Part shown: positions 28,392 through 39,030 of the stretch, in pieces | Numbering within the stretch: the first letter of the stretch is position 1 | Layout of the letters: each line of letters begins with the position of its first letter | Assembly: GCA_963712115.1 (NCBI GenBank) | Contig: CAVQGX010000037.1 | Location: 32,001-96,000, forward strand | Direction of reading: 5' to 3' | Source of the DNA: an uncultured delta proteobacterium | Lineage (GTDB): Bacteria; Desulfobacterota; Syntrophobacteria; BM002 | Length of the DNA: 64,000 bases | Position numbers and translations under genes: made by a program | The notes under the pieces: generated by a model | The model's database searches: none | What the model saw: the letters and a program-made list of their open reading frames with translations, nothing else | Told to the model about the DNA's origin: nothing

Positions 28392-29354
28392 GTGGTTCTT
28401 ACCTTTCTGGCAATCTGCATGGGCATAGCATTGCTGGCCTTTGGCGCTAACCGCTTTGTGGGGGCAGCAGCATCTCTTGCGAGACGCTTAGGGGTCTCAC
28501 CACTATTTGTCGGTCTGACCATAGTGTCAGCGGGGACTTCTTTTCCCGAGCTCTTAGTTAGCACCACAGCGGTGCTGAGCGGCCATTCTGCAATGGCTCT
28601 GGGTAACGTACTAGGAAGTAATATCGCTAATGTATTTCTTGTTCTCGGGCTCTCGTCTCTTTTGCATCCGGTAAAAGTGGATGCACAGGTTATCGGCAGA
28701 GACTACTCGGCACTGCTTCTGGCCACAGTAATAGCATGGCTCATGGCCAGCAACGGAGTGTTAGGCCGCTTGGAAGGTGTGGTTCTCCTTGCAGGTCTCA
28801 TAGCATATTATGGCGTTACCCTCAGATCAGCCGGAGCAGGTGGAGACTGGAAATTAAGTGGTGCAACGAGTAAGGATGGCCATCTGCCCACACAGTCTCT
28901 CTATGGTCTCGTCGTCCGATTAGTTGCCAGCCTTGTTCTGCTGCTCGTTGGAAGTCGCTTGCTAGTCTGGGGTGGCGTAGGGCTCGCCCGAGCAATGGGT
29001 GTCAGTGAGCTGGTCATCGGCCTGACCCTGGTAGCAGTGGGAACCAGTCTTCCAGAATTGGCCACCACTCTAACTGGGATCATTAAGAAGCAAGACGCGA
29101 TTGCTCTGGGAAATGTGGTTGGTTCCAACATGTTCAATACCTTGGCCATACTTGGTACTATCTCGGTGCTGAGTCCTCTGCCAATTACTTCCGAGAACTC
29201 TACTCGTGATTTCCCAGTGACGCTTCTGGCTTCCCTGGTTCTCTGGCCTATTTCCTGGTCTCGACGAAAAGGGCGTGGACGGGTGAATCGTTTCGAGGGT
29301 GGAATTCTCTTGGGGTTGTACGGAGCCTATCTGTACTTGCTGGCAGGCAGATAG
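28392..29354 (+). CDS. Ca2+/Na+ antiporter (YrbG/CaCA)
   Basis: Two GTS.PEL and GNV.GSN repeats. Confidence 0.92.
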   Translation: MVLTFLAICMGIALLAFGANRFVGAAASLARRLGVSPLFVGLTIVSAGTSFPELLVSTTAVLSGHSAMALGNVLGSNIANVFLVLGLSSLLHPVKVDAQVIGRDYSALLLATVIAWLMASNGVLGRLEGVVLLAGLIAYYGVTLRSAGAGGDWKLSGATSKDGHLPTQSLYGLVVRLVASLVLLLVGSRLLVWGGVGLARAMGVSELVIGLTLVAVGTSLPELATTLTGIIKKQDAIALGNVVGSNMFNTLAILGTISVLSPLPITSENSTRDFPVTLLASLVLWPISWSRRKGRGRVNRFEGGILLGLYGAYLYLLAGR

Positions 29355-29451
29355 TTGAAATTTGTTTACTCTCTCTTAACTTTTGACATTGCAGCGGATA
29401 GGATAGATGAAAATTTGGCAAAGAGATATCCAACTTTGAGAGGATGAGAAA

Positions 29452-30831
29452 ATGCTCGAGAGTCTGGACCCGGTTTTACTGGCACGAATACAGTTTACCT
29501 TTACCATTGCATTCCACATTATCTTCCCAGCCTTTACCATCGGCCTTGCCAGCTGGTTGGCCGTGGTCGAGTGGCGCTGGCTGAAGACCGGCAACGATAT
29601 CTATCAAGAAGTTTACCGCATGTGGGTAAAAATATTTGCGGTGACCTTCGGCATGGGAGTGGTGTCAGGCGTGGTTATGTCATTCCAGTTCGGCACCAAC
29701 TGGTCCGTATTCTCAGATAAGGTGGGTAATATTTTTGGACCGTTGCTGGGCTTTGAGGTGCTGACGGCTTTTTTCCTGGAGGCTTCTTTCCTCGGCATCA
29801 TGCTCTTTGGTTGGAATCGGGTGAGCCGTAAGATGCACTTTGCCTCAACCATAATAGTGGCAAGTGGCACCCTCATATCAGCCTTCTGGATCCTGTCGGC
29901 CAATAGCTGGATGCAGACGCCACAAGGTTTCCGTCTCGGCGAACATGGTCTGCTCTATCCCACCAACTGGTGGCAAATCATATTCAATCCTTCTTTCCCC
30001 TATCGTTTCATGCACATGGTCACTGCTGCCTACCTGACTACGGCCTTTGTCGTTGGTGGCGTTGGTGCTTATTATCTATGGCGTAAGCTTCATGTAAGCC
30101 ATGCCAGGGTGATGTTCGGTATGGCAATGATTATGGCGATTTTTGTGGCCCCCTTTCAGCTGGTGCTTGGAGACTTACACGGGCTGAACACCCTTAAACA
30201 TCAGCCTGCTAAGGTATCTGCCATGGAAGGTATCTGGGAAACTGAGCGCGGCGCCGCCTTGAAGCTCTTTGGCTGGCCCGATCAACAGGAAGAAAAGACA
30301 AAATATGCAATTGAAATTCCTAAGTTGTCCAGCTTGATCCTCACCCACGATCTCGATGGTGAAGTGAAAGGTCTTAAAGAGTGGCCCAAAGAAGAGCGCC
30401 CCCCGGTGGCCTGGGTGTTCTGGTCATTTCGTCTGATGGTTGGCGTTGGTTTGTTGATGATATTGACCGGGGTTATGGCTGCCATTCTTTATTTTCGCAA
30501 AAAACTCTTTGACACGCCGTGGTTCCAATTTTGGTGCATGGCCCTTACGCCAGCAGGTTTCATCGCCGTCATCACCGGATGGTGCGTTACTGAAATCGGC
30601 CGGCAGCCTTATGTGGCCTATGGAGTTATTCGCACCGCGGAATCAGTCTCACCGGTACCTGGCCCACACATCGCCTTGTCTCTACTGGCATTCATCATCA
30701 CCTACATCTTTATATTCGGGGCAGGCAGTTATTACATTTTGCGACTTATTGCAAAAGGTCCCTCTACCGAGGAAGAAGCTTATGGTGACCATGGCGTAGA
30801 TGAACCGCCCCTGGTAACTGATCTGGTATGA
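29452..30831 (+). CDS. cydA: Cytochrome bd oxidase subunit I (short Q-loop, CioA-like)
   Basis: FHIIFP, FQFGTNW, ANSWMQTP, QPAK.SAME, EIGRQP. Confidence 0.95.
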   Translation: MLESLDPVLLARIQFTFTIAFHIIFPAFTIGLASWLAVVEWRWLKTGNDIYQEVYRMWVKIFAVTFGMGVVSGVVMSFQFGTNWSVFSDKVGNIFGPLLGFEVLTAFFLEASFLGIMLFGWNRVSRKMHFASTIIVASGTLISAFWILSANSWMQTPQGFRLGEHGLLYPTNWWQIIFNPSFPYRFMHMVTAAYLTTAFVVGGVGAYYLWRKLHVSHARVMFGMAMIMAIFVAPFQLVLGDLHGLNTLKHQPAKVSAMEGIWETERGAALKLFGWPDQQEEKTKYAIEIPKLSSLILTHDLDGEVKGLKEWPKEERPPVAWVFWSFRLMVGVGLLMILTGVMAAILYFRKKLFDTPWFQFWCMALTPAGFIAVITGWCVTEIGRQPYVAYGVIRTAESVSPVPGPHIALSLLAFIITYIFIFGAGSYYILRLIAKGPSTEEEAYGDHGVDEPPLVTDLV

Positions 30832-30847
30832 GAAACAGGAGAAGAAC

Positions 30848-31867
30848 ATGTTTAGTTTTGCCAGCTTTTTGAACTTGCCCATTGTCTGGTTTGGGCTGAT
30901 TGCAACGGCCGTCCTCCTGTACGTGCTGCTGGATGGATTTGATCTTGGTGTTGGTATTCTCTTTCCTTTTGCCCCTTCTGATCAGTGCCGTGATCGGATG
31001 ATGAACTCAATTGCTCCTTTTTGGGACGGCAATGAGACTTGGCTGGTCCTTGGCGGTGGCGGCCTGTTTGCAGCCTTTCCTCTGGCATACGCTGTCTTGA
31101 TGCCGGCTCTCTACGTCCCGGTGATCCTCATGCTCCTCGGCCTGATTTTTCGGGGGGTTGCCTTTGAGTTCCGCTTCAAAGCAACGGGCAAATCCAGGAG
31201 GATATGGGATTATTCTTTCCACTTTGGTTCCCTGGTTGCAGCCTTTATGCAGGGGATGTTTCTCGGTGGTTTGGTGCAGGGGGTCCAGGTCGATGGCCGG
31301 AACTTTGCCGGTGGCCCTTTTGATTGGCTGAATGGTTTCAGTGTAATGACGGGCTTTGCCCTGGTGTGTGGCTACGGTTTGCTGGGCGCTACCTGGGTGG
31401 TGATGAAAACCGATGATACCACCCAGGAGTGGGCGCGAAAGTGCGCCAATTATTTACTGTTCTACGTTGCTTTGTTCATGGGGTTGGTTAGTTTGATCAT
31501 GCCTTACATCAATGCGGATGTGAAAAGGTTGTGGTTTAGTTCGCCTAATTTCTTCATGCTCTTGCCAATACCCCTGCTGACCCTTGCCATGTTTGTAACA
31601 ATCTGGCGTGATTTGCATAAGCAAAGGGAATACCGGCCTTTCTTACTGAGCGTTGGACTTTTTATTATGGGATACATCGGTTTGGCCGTCAGTCTGTGGC
31701 CTTATGTAGTACCCTTTGACATCACCATCTGGCAGGCGGCAGCAGCACCGGAATCTCAATCTTTACTTTTGGTGGGAACAGTCCTCATGTTACCCGTGGT
31801 ACTCGGATACGTAGGCTACAGTTACTACATATTCAGGGGAAAAGCATCCCATGAGACCACTTACTAA
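30848..31867 (+). CDS. cydB: Cytochrome bd oxidase subunit II
   Basis: DGFDLGVG, PFWDGNETWL, FAAFP, FEFR. Confidence 0.95.
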   Translation: MFSFASFLNLPIVWFGLIATAVLLYVLLDGFDLGVGILFPFAPSDQCRDRMMNSIAPFWDGNETWLVLGGGGLFAAFPLAYAVLMPALYVPVILMLLGLIFRGVAFEFRFKATGKSRRIWDYSFHFGSLVAAFMQGMFLGGLVQGVQVDGRNFAGGPFDWLNGFSVMTGFALVCGYGLLGATWVVMKTDDTTQEWARKCANYLLFYVALFMGLVSLIMPYINADVKRLWFSSPNFFMLLPIPLLTLAMFVTIWRDLHKQREYRPFLLSVGLFIMGYIGLAVSLWPYVVPFDITIWQAAAAPESQSLLLVGTVLMLPVVLGYVGYSYYIFRGKASHETTY

Positions 31868-31970
31868 AAAGCAGCAGCAATGGCTATGGTTTTTAGCACT
31901 TTGGTGCGGCGGTTTGGCAGCTGCAGCACTGCTGGCCTATTTGGTCCGGTTGGTCATGGGTATTGGCTAA
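31851..31970 (+). CDS. 39-aa single-TM protein (DUF2474-like), absent from the ORF track
   Basis: MRPLTKKQQQWLWFLALWCGGLAAAALLAYLVRLVMGIG; overlaps the cydB end. Confidence 0.7.
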   Translation: MRPLTKKQQQWLWFLALWCGGLAAAALLAYLVRLVMGIG

Positions 31971-32251
31971 AATTAAGGCTCTTGCGGAATTTGCTTGGAT
32001 AGCATAATAAAAGAGTTGGATTGGACAGGGTGAGTTCCTCGACAAAGCTGCATATTCGCATCAGTTGGACTAAGGTTAATGGTTTTACAGCATGGCTGCC
32101 GCCGACGCAGACGAAAGTCATTCCAGGCTGCCGGAGCAATACACCGGTGGCTCAGATACACTTTGCCTCGGAGCACCTCCTGTCCAAAGAAAGCTCTGGC
32201 ATAAATGGTCTATAGCTGTTCATCCAAGCAAGTTCCTGAAGAAGCTTAATT
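31971..32251. repeat. ~280-bp structured element with inverted ends, copy 2
   Basis: AATTAAGGCTCTTGCGGAATTTGCTTGGAT / ATCCAAGCAAGTTCCTGAAGAAGCTTAATT; homologous to 26032-26301. Confidence 0.8.
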
Positions 32252-32334
32252 AGATTCATAATGTAATTGTTTGTATCACCAATCTTAAAATAAAAGGAAA
32301 GCCAGCTACGCTGGCAGAGAATATTTAGACCCAA

Positions 32335-35300
32335 GTGAAAACACTTAAACGAATCCTTGTGGCAGCACTCGGTCTGCTGGGTGCTGCATTTCTGGCAATT
32401 ATCTTAACCTATCTCCTGGTTGACGACGCCACCCTCTTTGGCCAAATAGTCAAACAACTGGAATCGTCGTCAGACATCCAGGTCCTGCACCGGGGTGATG
32501 CCCACATCACCCGCACCTTGGCACCGACCCTGACCGTGGATGATCTGGTCATCGCGGATAAGGGTAGACAGTACCGGGTTGAAGCCGCCTCTCTTGAGGT
32601 GCAGATCAGCCTGCCGAGATTGCTCCTTGGGAAGTTGGACATACCACATCTGATCATCGGCCCCACCCGCGTGGAAATCAAGGAAGATGAATCATCCACC
32701 AAGCCGGCGGCCGCGCCGGAGCCGAAGCCTGGTGCAAAGCTTTGGCCACTGCCACTCAAGCCGGTATTGCATGATATCCGGATTTCAAAAGTGGAAATCA
32801 TCCATAAAGGTGGCGCAGTGCTACTGCCGGGAAGCCATGTAAGTGAATTCACCCTGGAGTTGAAATCTGACAACACTCTGGAGTTGAGGGGCAAGGCAGA
32901 GCTTGCCCATCAGAACATCGATGTCAATGCCGTACTGAAGGATGTGGACGAATATTCAGGCGGACAGCCCCTGGCGTTCTCTTTTGGCTTGGAAAGCACG
33001 CTGTTCAATCTTTCTGTGGATGGCCATATCGATTTTGAACAACCCGATCCGATTGTCGAGGCAACGGTGCGTGGCTGGACACCGGATGCTGAAAAGATTG
33101 TAACGGGTAGTCAGCGTATTGAGATTCCCGGCAAATTGACCTTTGGAGCGCAACTGAAGGGTACTTTCTCCCGGCTACCCATGGAGGAGATCAAAGCAAC
33201 ATACCATGGCCCCGAACAATCCGCTGTGGAACTGAAAGGTAGGATCGCCAATGTTATTGAGCTCGAAGGGGTGCAGCTCAACCTGACCGGCAAACTGGAC
33301 GACCCGGCCTGGTTAACGCCACTGCTGCCGGAAAGCTTGGGAGCGATAAAAGGTGCCAGTGTATCGGCGCAGATCTCCGGCGGTTATCCAAGCTTTACGG
33401 TCAAGGATTTTGATTTTGAAGGCAAAACGGAGCAGGACCTGGACCTGTCGCTGTCCGGGAAGTTTGATCTGGCCCATTCCTCAACCGGTCTGGAGCCGGT
33501 AAACATTCAGGCTCAATTGGTATTTTCCGCCCCGACCACCCGGGCAGCAAGATTTTTGATTTTTGAAACAATACCGGAATTTGGCGCCATTACCGGCAAG
33601 TGCGATGTTCACTCGGCCGTGGGTGACCCATCGCTAGTGAACATTGTGGTTCAAACCAAAGATGAGAGCTCCATTCAGGCAAACCTCAGCGGTGGGATTG
33701 CCCAGTTTCCCCTGGCGGACCGACCCAACAGGGGCTATGATCTGGACGTGTCCATGCAAGCAACAGAAGGTGCGGTCCTGGCTAAAAGGGTGGGCCTGGA
33801 ACTGCCTGAGTTCGGGCCCCTGGATCTGAACTTCAAAATCGAAGGTTCCACCCTGGCGTTGAAACTCAATCAGATCAAGCTGTCCGGAGGCAAGGAAGAA
33901 GGAGTGCGGATCGGTGCCCAGGGGGAAATGTCATTTGCTGACTGGGATCAGGCCGACCCTTTCAAGACCATCGACCTGAAGCTACAGGCACAAAGTCGCA
34001 CTACCCAACTACTCTCCCCTTGGATCGGGCAGGAACTGCCCGAGCTGGGCCCACTCAGCGGTGAGGCCCGCTTGCATACGGTCTCCGGCCGACACCGAAT
34101 CGACCAGATTAAGATCCAGACCACCGAGACCGCACCACTAACCGTCGCAGTCTCCGGTTCAGCCGAGCATGTCACCCTGCTGCCGGAGTTGCGTATCCGG
34201 GAGATCCAACTGGATGCCAACGGCAGCACCGATGATATTGGCAAACTAAATGCGGTATTCGGTTTGAAGGATGGGATTCCCTCGATTGGGCCACTCAAAG
34301 CGCAGGCGCACATATCCGGCGATGATAAAAATTTTGTCATCGATGAAGTGTCAATGGCAGCCGGTAAGGAAGATGTTCTGCTGGTGAACCTGAGCGGCCG
34401 GTTGGGAGAGCTCAGTTCTGCCAATAAATGGCAGCCCCAGGATACCAGTCTTACCATCCAGGCCAATTCCAGCAGCAGCCGTGGGCTTGCCGGAAAACTG
34501 GGCTACAGTATTCCGGAGCTGGGCCCCCTTTTCGCCCAGGCCAACATCCGCGGCAAGAAGAAGGTCTCCATGGACTCCGCCCAGCTCAGGCTGGGAGACA
34601 AGGATAAACCGGTGGTGAAGGCCACAGGTTATATCAACGATCTGTTTGCCATGCAGGGGGTCAAAGGGGATGGACAGCTGCATTTGGATGGCCGTCGCTT
34701 TGCGGCCTTTGCCGATTTAGACAAACTGCCAGAGCTTGGTCCTCTAACCGGCCAGGTGAAAATCTCGGACAGTGATGGATCCCTGGGTATTGATTCCCTT
34801 CAGGTCGAAAGCGCGCAGCCGGAACTGCTGAGCCTGAAGGTGAACGGCAGCTTTGACAATTTCAAAGACCCCTCCACCTGGCTGGTCAACAGCAGCCTGA
34901 CTGCCCGGGACCTGCAGCTCATTGGCGCAATCTTTGATCGTCGATGGCCGGCCATCGGACCGGTGCAACTCGATAGTCAGATAAAAAAAAGCGACGCAGG
35001 CAAGGAATTCAACGGTACGCTCACTGCAGGGAAAACCGAGGTAGAGACAAAGCTAAAGGCACTCTTTGAAACGACTCCCATGAGGATAAGCGGTACTGTC
35101 AAGGCCCGGAAGATGCTCGTGTATGAACTGTTTGAGAAGGAGAGGGAGGGAAAGAAAAAGAAATCTTCAAAGAAGGAGCACGTATTTAGCCGTGAGCCCA
35201 TAGACTTTGGCTGGTTGAAAAAAGTCGATGTGGATGTTGCCATTGAAGTGGAATCCTTTGCTAAAGAGCAGTTTCTAGCCAATTCCGCCCAGTTCCAGGT

Positions 35301-36106
35301 GAAAGTCAAATCAGGTGTACTGTCCATCAGCCCGGCTCGTTTTGTCTATGCAAAGGGAAAACTCGACATGGATCTGGAGCTAGATGTACGGGAGCATCCC
35401 CGGTTGACCTTCAGAGCCTTCGGCAAAGACCTCGATCCCCGGCGGGCCCTGGATATCCAGGATTACAAAGAAGAACTTCAGACGGAGATGAATATTGACC
35501 TCTCCTTTAGCACATCCGGGCTGACTCCCCACGAACTGGCCTCAAACAGCCAGGGTAGCATCTACATAACCATGCAAAACGGCAAGATCGCTGCCCCACT
35601 GATTGATCTGGTTTTTTGGGATGTGGCGGGCTGGGCCTGGAAAAAAGCGACAGATCAAAGGTATTACGATTTAGGTTGCGGGGTGGCCGATTACAGCATC
35701 GAGGAAGGGGTCATCTCGACGAGGGCCTTTATACTCGACACCGAGAACATTACCATTACCGGCGGGGGGAACCATCGATCTGGGTGGTGAGAAAGTGGAA
35801 TACTTCTTTCTGCCAAAGAAGAAATCACTCAAAATTATTCAAAAAGCCGATCCGGTGAATATCGAGGGCCCCTTGAACAATCCCAAAGTGAAGACGATTC
35901 CCTGGAAATCGGCCGCCATCACTGCGGGCAAGGTTGGTGGGATTATTTTTGCTCCCTTTATTTTCATCCCCCTCACCGCAGCCGACTACCTGGCAGGCCA
36001 GGTGACAATCAAAGATGGAAAATCGGCCTGCCTGGAATATCAAAAGGCCCATGAATTGGAAAATAGGCCGCGTGAGAGAACAACTCCAAAGGAGCAAAAC
36101 AAATAG
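32335..36106 (+). pseudogene. AsmA-family protein split by a +1 frameshift near 35764-35769
   Basis: N-terminal TM and beta-rich repeats; removing one G from the G6 run gives ITGGGTIDLGGEKVEYFFLP, joining both ORFs. Confidence 0.8.
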
Positions 36107-36131
36107 AATGGTTAGCAGTTCAAATCCAGCT

Positions 36132-37880
36132 TTACCTTCCCGGGGCAGGCAGGTTTTCACATGTTACCCACCTGATGCTCGGGGTTTTAAACCTGGACCC
36201 CGTCGGTTGGTCCTTTTCCAGAGCGAGGGCCGCCTCATTCTTCTGGTAAAATGAGACCGGTTCATAGGTCCAGCCACTGGCCAGTCGCTTCTCTTCCTTT
36301 TTCAGGGTGAGATAAAGATATCTTCCCATGAGGGGGGCGGCAATCCTGGTTGTCCAGCCAAAGGTCTTATACAAGTCTTTCACCAGGGAATCCATTTTTT
36401 TCTCCATCCGCCCATCTTGGCTGTACCACTTTCTCATTGCCCAAACGGCACCGGCATAAGCGGTACGGAGCGGCCTCACTTCCCAGGCAAAACGATGGCG
36501 AATTCGTTTTGTCGGATGGTCTTTATAGCGCTGCCAGCCCTTGAGGAAGGTTCGGATCAACCGGGCGAGACTGGGTCCGTTGACCTCGAAATCGCGCCTG
36601 AAGGCATCGACAATATACTGCTCCTCCCGGCCTCCGGTAATATGAGGATGGCGATAATTGAAGCGATATTGACCGTGAGCGTCGGCGAGAGAGAATGTAT
36701 CTTCCGCCAGGAGGGTCCCGTCTTTTGAATGCTTTTCGTACAGGGGAGTTCCGGGAATGGGAGTGTACAACATGAACTGGTGAAAATCCGTATCATGGCT
36801 GACGGCATAGTCGATAATCCGCTCCATAGCCTCGGGTGTGTGGTTTTCCAGACCGATGATGGATGATCCCAAAACGCGTATACCGTGAGCCTGTAAGGAC
36901 CGCACCAGTTCCAGGGTGTCAACTTCCTTGAGTTTTCTGTAGGAGCTTGCCTCTCCTTCAAGGCCCATCCACACCCAGGAGATCCCCAAGCCTACCAACT
37001 GCTCGAAGGTGTATGACTGCAACACACGGGCAGAGCTGAAAACCATAAGCGCCCAACTCTTTTTGTGTTGCTCCATCAGTTCAAGGAGCCGCAGCGCCCG
37101 CTTCCGATGGAGGAGAAAATTCTCGTCCATGGTAAAAAAGGACCGGACCTTGAGTTTTTCTTCCAGCTGACACATGACGGCAAAGAGGTCGTCGCCGGTT
37201 TCATAAAAATTAATATGCTTCCCCTTACCCCCGAACAGGGCCGAGGTTGAACAGAAATTACAACCCACGGGACAGCCCACGGAGGGAATGAGCATGGCCG
37301 CCGTGTTTCCCGGCCGTAACGGAAGGGAAATACCCATAATACGGGCACCGAATCCCGAATGCACCATGGGATGCCGAATTGGCGCATCTTCGTCTTCTCC
37401 CAGAAATCGACGAAACCAGCGGACGCCTTCGCCTCTACAGATATGATCGGCGTCGATGCTATCAGCGATATTGTCCTTGTTGGCGACATGTCCGCCCACC
37501 ACAATCGTCGCACCCGGCTGGTGTTCCCTGATGACTTCGCACATTTTCTTCACTTTGCCGATATTTGCAACAATCGAGCTGATGCCGACGATATCGTAGG
37601 AATTTTCCCGGATTTCGGAGACAAAGCGATTGAGGGAGGGAAAATCCAAAAGCGTACAGGGGGCATCGATATTGGATTGAATCATCATCAAGCCGAAGGA
37701 GCGGTGAAACATGCGGAGGGAAAAGCCGCCCTGAACCCTGGTGACTTGATTCTGATAGAGTTCCATGGGGTTGATTTTTCGGCTTCCATATTCATCGTCT
37801 TGGGCGTACGGTCCGAAGACGCTGGATAGCAGAACCCTTGCCCTGGTGGAGCGGGGGTGGACCGGGTGTGTTGTCTTCAT
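36132..37880 (-). CDS. B12-binding radical SAM protein
   Basis: CPVGCNFC; N-terminal DIVGIS...VVGG; DENF; YTPIPGTPLY. Confidence 0.9.
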   Translation of the reverse strand: MKTTHPVHPRSTRARVLLSSVFGPYAQDDEYGSRKINPMELYQNQVTRVQGGFSLRMFHRSFGLMMIQSNIDAPCTLLDFPSLNRFVSEIRENSYDIVGISSIVANIGKVKKMCEVIREHQPGATIVVGGHVANKDNIADSIDADHICRGEGVRWFRRFLGEDEDAPIRHPMVHSGFGARIMGISLPLRPGNTAAMLIPSVGCPVGCNFCSTSALFGGKGKHINFYETGDDLFAVMCQLEEKLKVRSFFTMDENFLLHRKRALRLLELMEQHKKSWALMVFSSARVLQSYTFEQLVGLGISWVWMGLEGEASSYRKLKEVDTLELVRSLQAHGIRVLGSSIIGLENHTPEAMERIIDYAVSHDTDFHQFMLYTPIPGTPLYEKHSKDGTLLAEDTFSLADAHGQYRFNYRHPHITGGREEQYIVDAFRRDFEVNGPSLARLIRTFLKGWQRYKDHPTKRIRHRFAWEVRPLRTAYAGAVWAMRKWYSQDGRMEKKMDSLVKDLYKTFGWTTRIAAPLMGRYLYLTLKKEEKRLASGWTYEPVSFYQKNEAALALEKDQPTGSRFKTPSIRWVTCENLPAPGR

Positions 37881-37973
37881 GATGTGGTTCCTCTTTGGGG
37901 TGATCTGTTTTGCCGATTTGTGAGCTGGATCTTAATACAGTAAGGAAGAGGAAAGATAGGCCCCCCGCAAGGC

Positions 37974-37992
37974 TTTTACAAAAGTTTTACAA
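37974..37992. promoter_or_regulatory. Tandem OmpR/PhoB-type binding site
   Basis: TTTTACAA twice with 11-bp period between divergent genes. Confidence 0.5.
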
Positions 37993-38061
37993 TCAAAATG
38001 TCAAGAAAATGGTACGGATTTGCAAGTTGACAGAACTTCTAGCGTATTGTAGTTCAACTAA

Positions 38062-39018
38062 ATGCTTAATCGATCAAAGTGGTTTTTTCACCCAATCTTT
38101 ATTTTTGTTTTTTCCATCCTAGCCCTGGCTACGTCTCTGGGTCTTTATATCTACTGGTATGTGGAGATCAGCAAGGGGCTCAAGTCAGTGGTGCACACAT
38201 TTAGCCTCGACAAGTCCCAAATCTTTGCGCCCCAGACATGGGTGGTGATTCTCACTCTTTCGATTCTCGTCGGCATCATTCTGGTGGGGGTTTTCATTAT
38301 CTTTGTATACAATCAAAAATTGATCCAGCTCTACAGGATGCAAAATAACTTCATCAACAGCTTTACCCACGAACTGAAAACACCCGTGACCTCACTGAAC
38401 CTCTACCTCGAGACCTTTCTACGCCACGAGCTTTCCAGGGGAGAGCAGATCAAGTATGTTCGCTACATGCTCCAGGACGTAAACCGTCTTGCGAGCAATG
38501 CAACCCGTATCCTCAACCTGGCGCGGATCGAGAGCAAGAGCTTTGAGGGGGAGCTAGTCAAATCCGACCTGGTTGAGACGGTCAAACGGTTTTACCATAA
38601 CAATCACCATATGTTTCAGGATTGCGAAATCAATATCCATAATCCGACGGGGCGATCCTTCCTTTACCCCATAAATGTTTCATTGTTTGAAATGCTGTTG
38701 ATGAATCTCACGACAAACGCCACCAAGTACAATGACTCAGATGTGCCCAGGATCGATATTACCTTTTCACCACAAAAACGAAAATTGCACATCCAATTTA
38801 AAGACAACGGCATAGGAATCGAAAAAGGTGAAGCAAAAAAGATTTTCAGAAAATTCTATCAGGTGGGCAGGGCGGACGACATGAGCGCCAGGGGAAGTGG
38901 AATCGGCCTGTATCTGGCACAACACATCGTAAGGATTCATCAGGGCAAGATTGTCGCTCAGAGCGAAGGTCTAGGGAAGGGATCGACATTTTCCGTCATC
39001 CTGCCCTTCAGATCATGA
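38062..39018 (+). CDS. Sensor histidine kinase
   Basis: Two TMs, HELKTP, NATKY, DNGIGI, GSGIGL. Confidence 0.95.
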   Translation: MLNRSKWFFHPIFIFVFSILALATSLGLYIYWYVEISKGLKSVVHTFSLDKSQIFAPQTWVVILTLSILVGIILVGVFIIFVYNQKLIQLYRMQNNFINSFTHELKTPVTSLNLYLETFLRHELSRGEQIKYVRYMLQDVNRLASNATRILNLARIESKSFEGELVKSDLVETVKRFYHNNHHMFQDCEINIHNPTGRSFLYPINVSLFEMLLMNLTTNATKYNDSDVPRIDITFSPQKRKLHIQFKDNGIGIEKGEAKKIFRKFYQVGRADDMSARGSGIGLYLAQHIVRIHQGKIVAQSEGLGKGSTFSVILPFRS

Positions 39019-39030
39019 GGAGCTGATTGT

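Noticed and set aside
35788-35790. TGA as selenocysteine in the AsmA gene
   Set aside because: The continuation is in another frame; a homopolymer frameshift explains it
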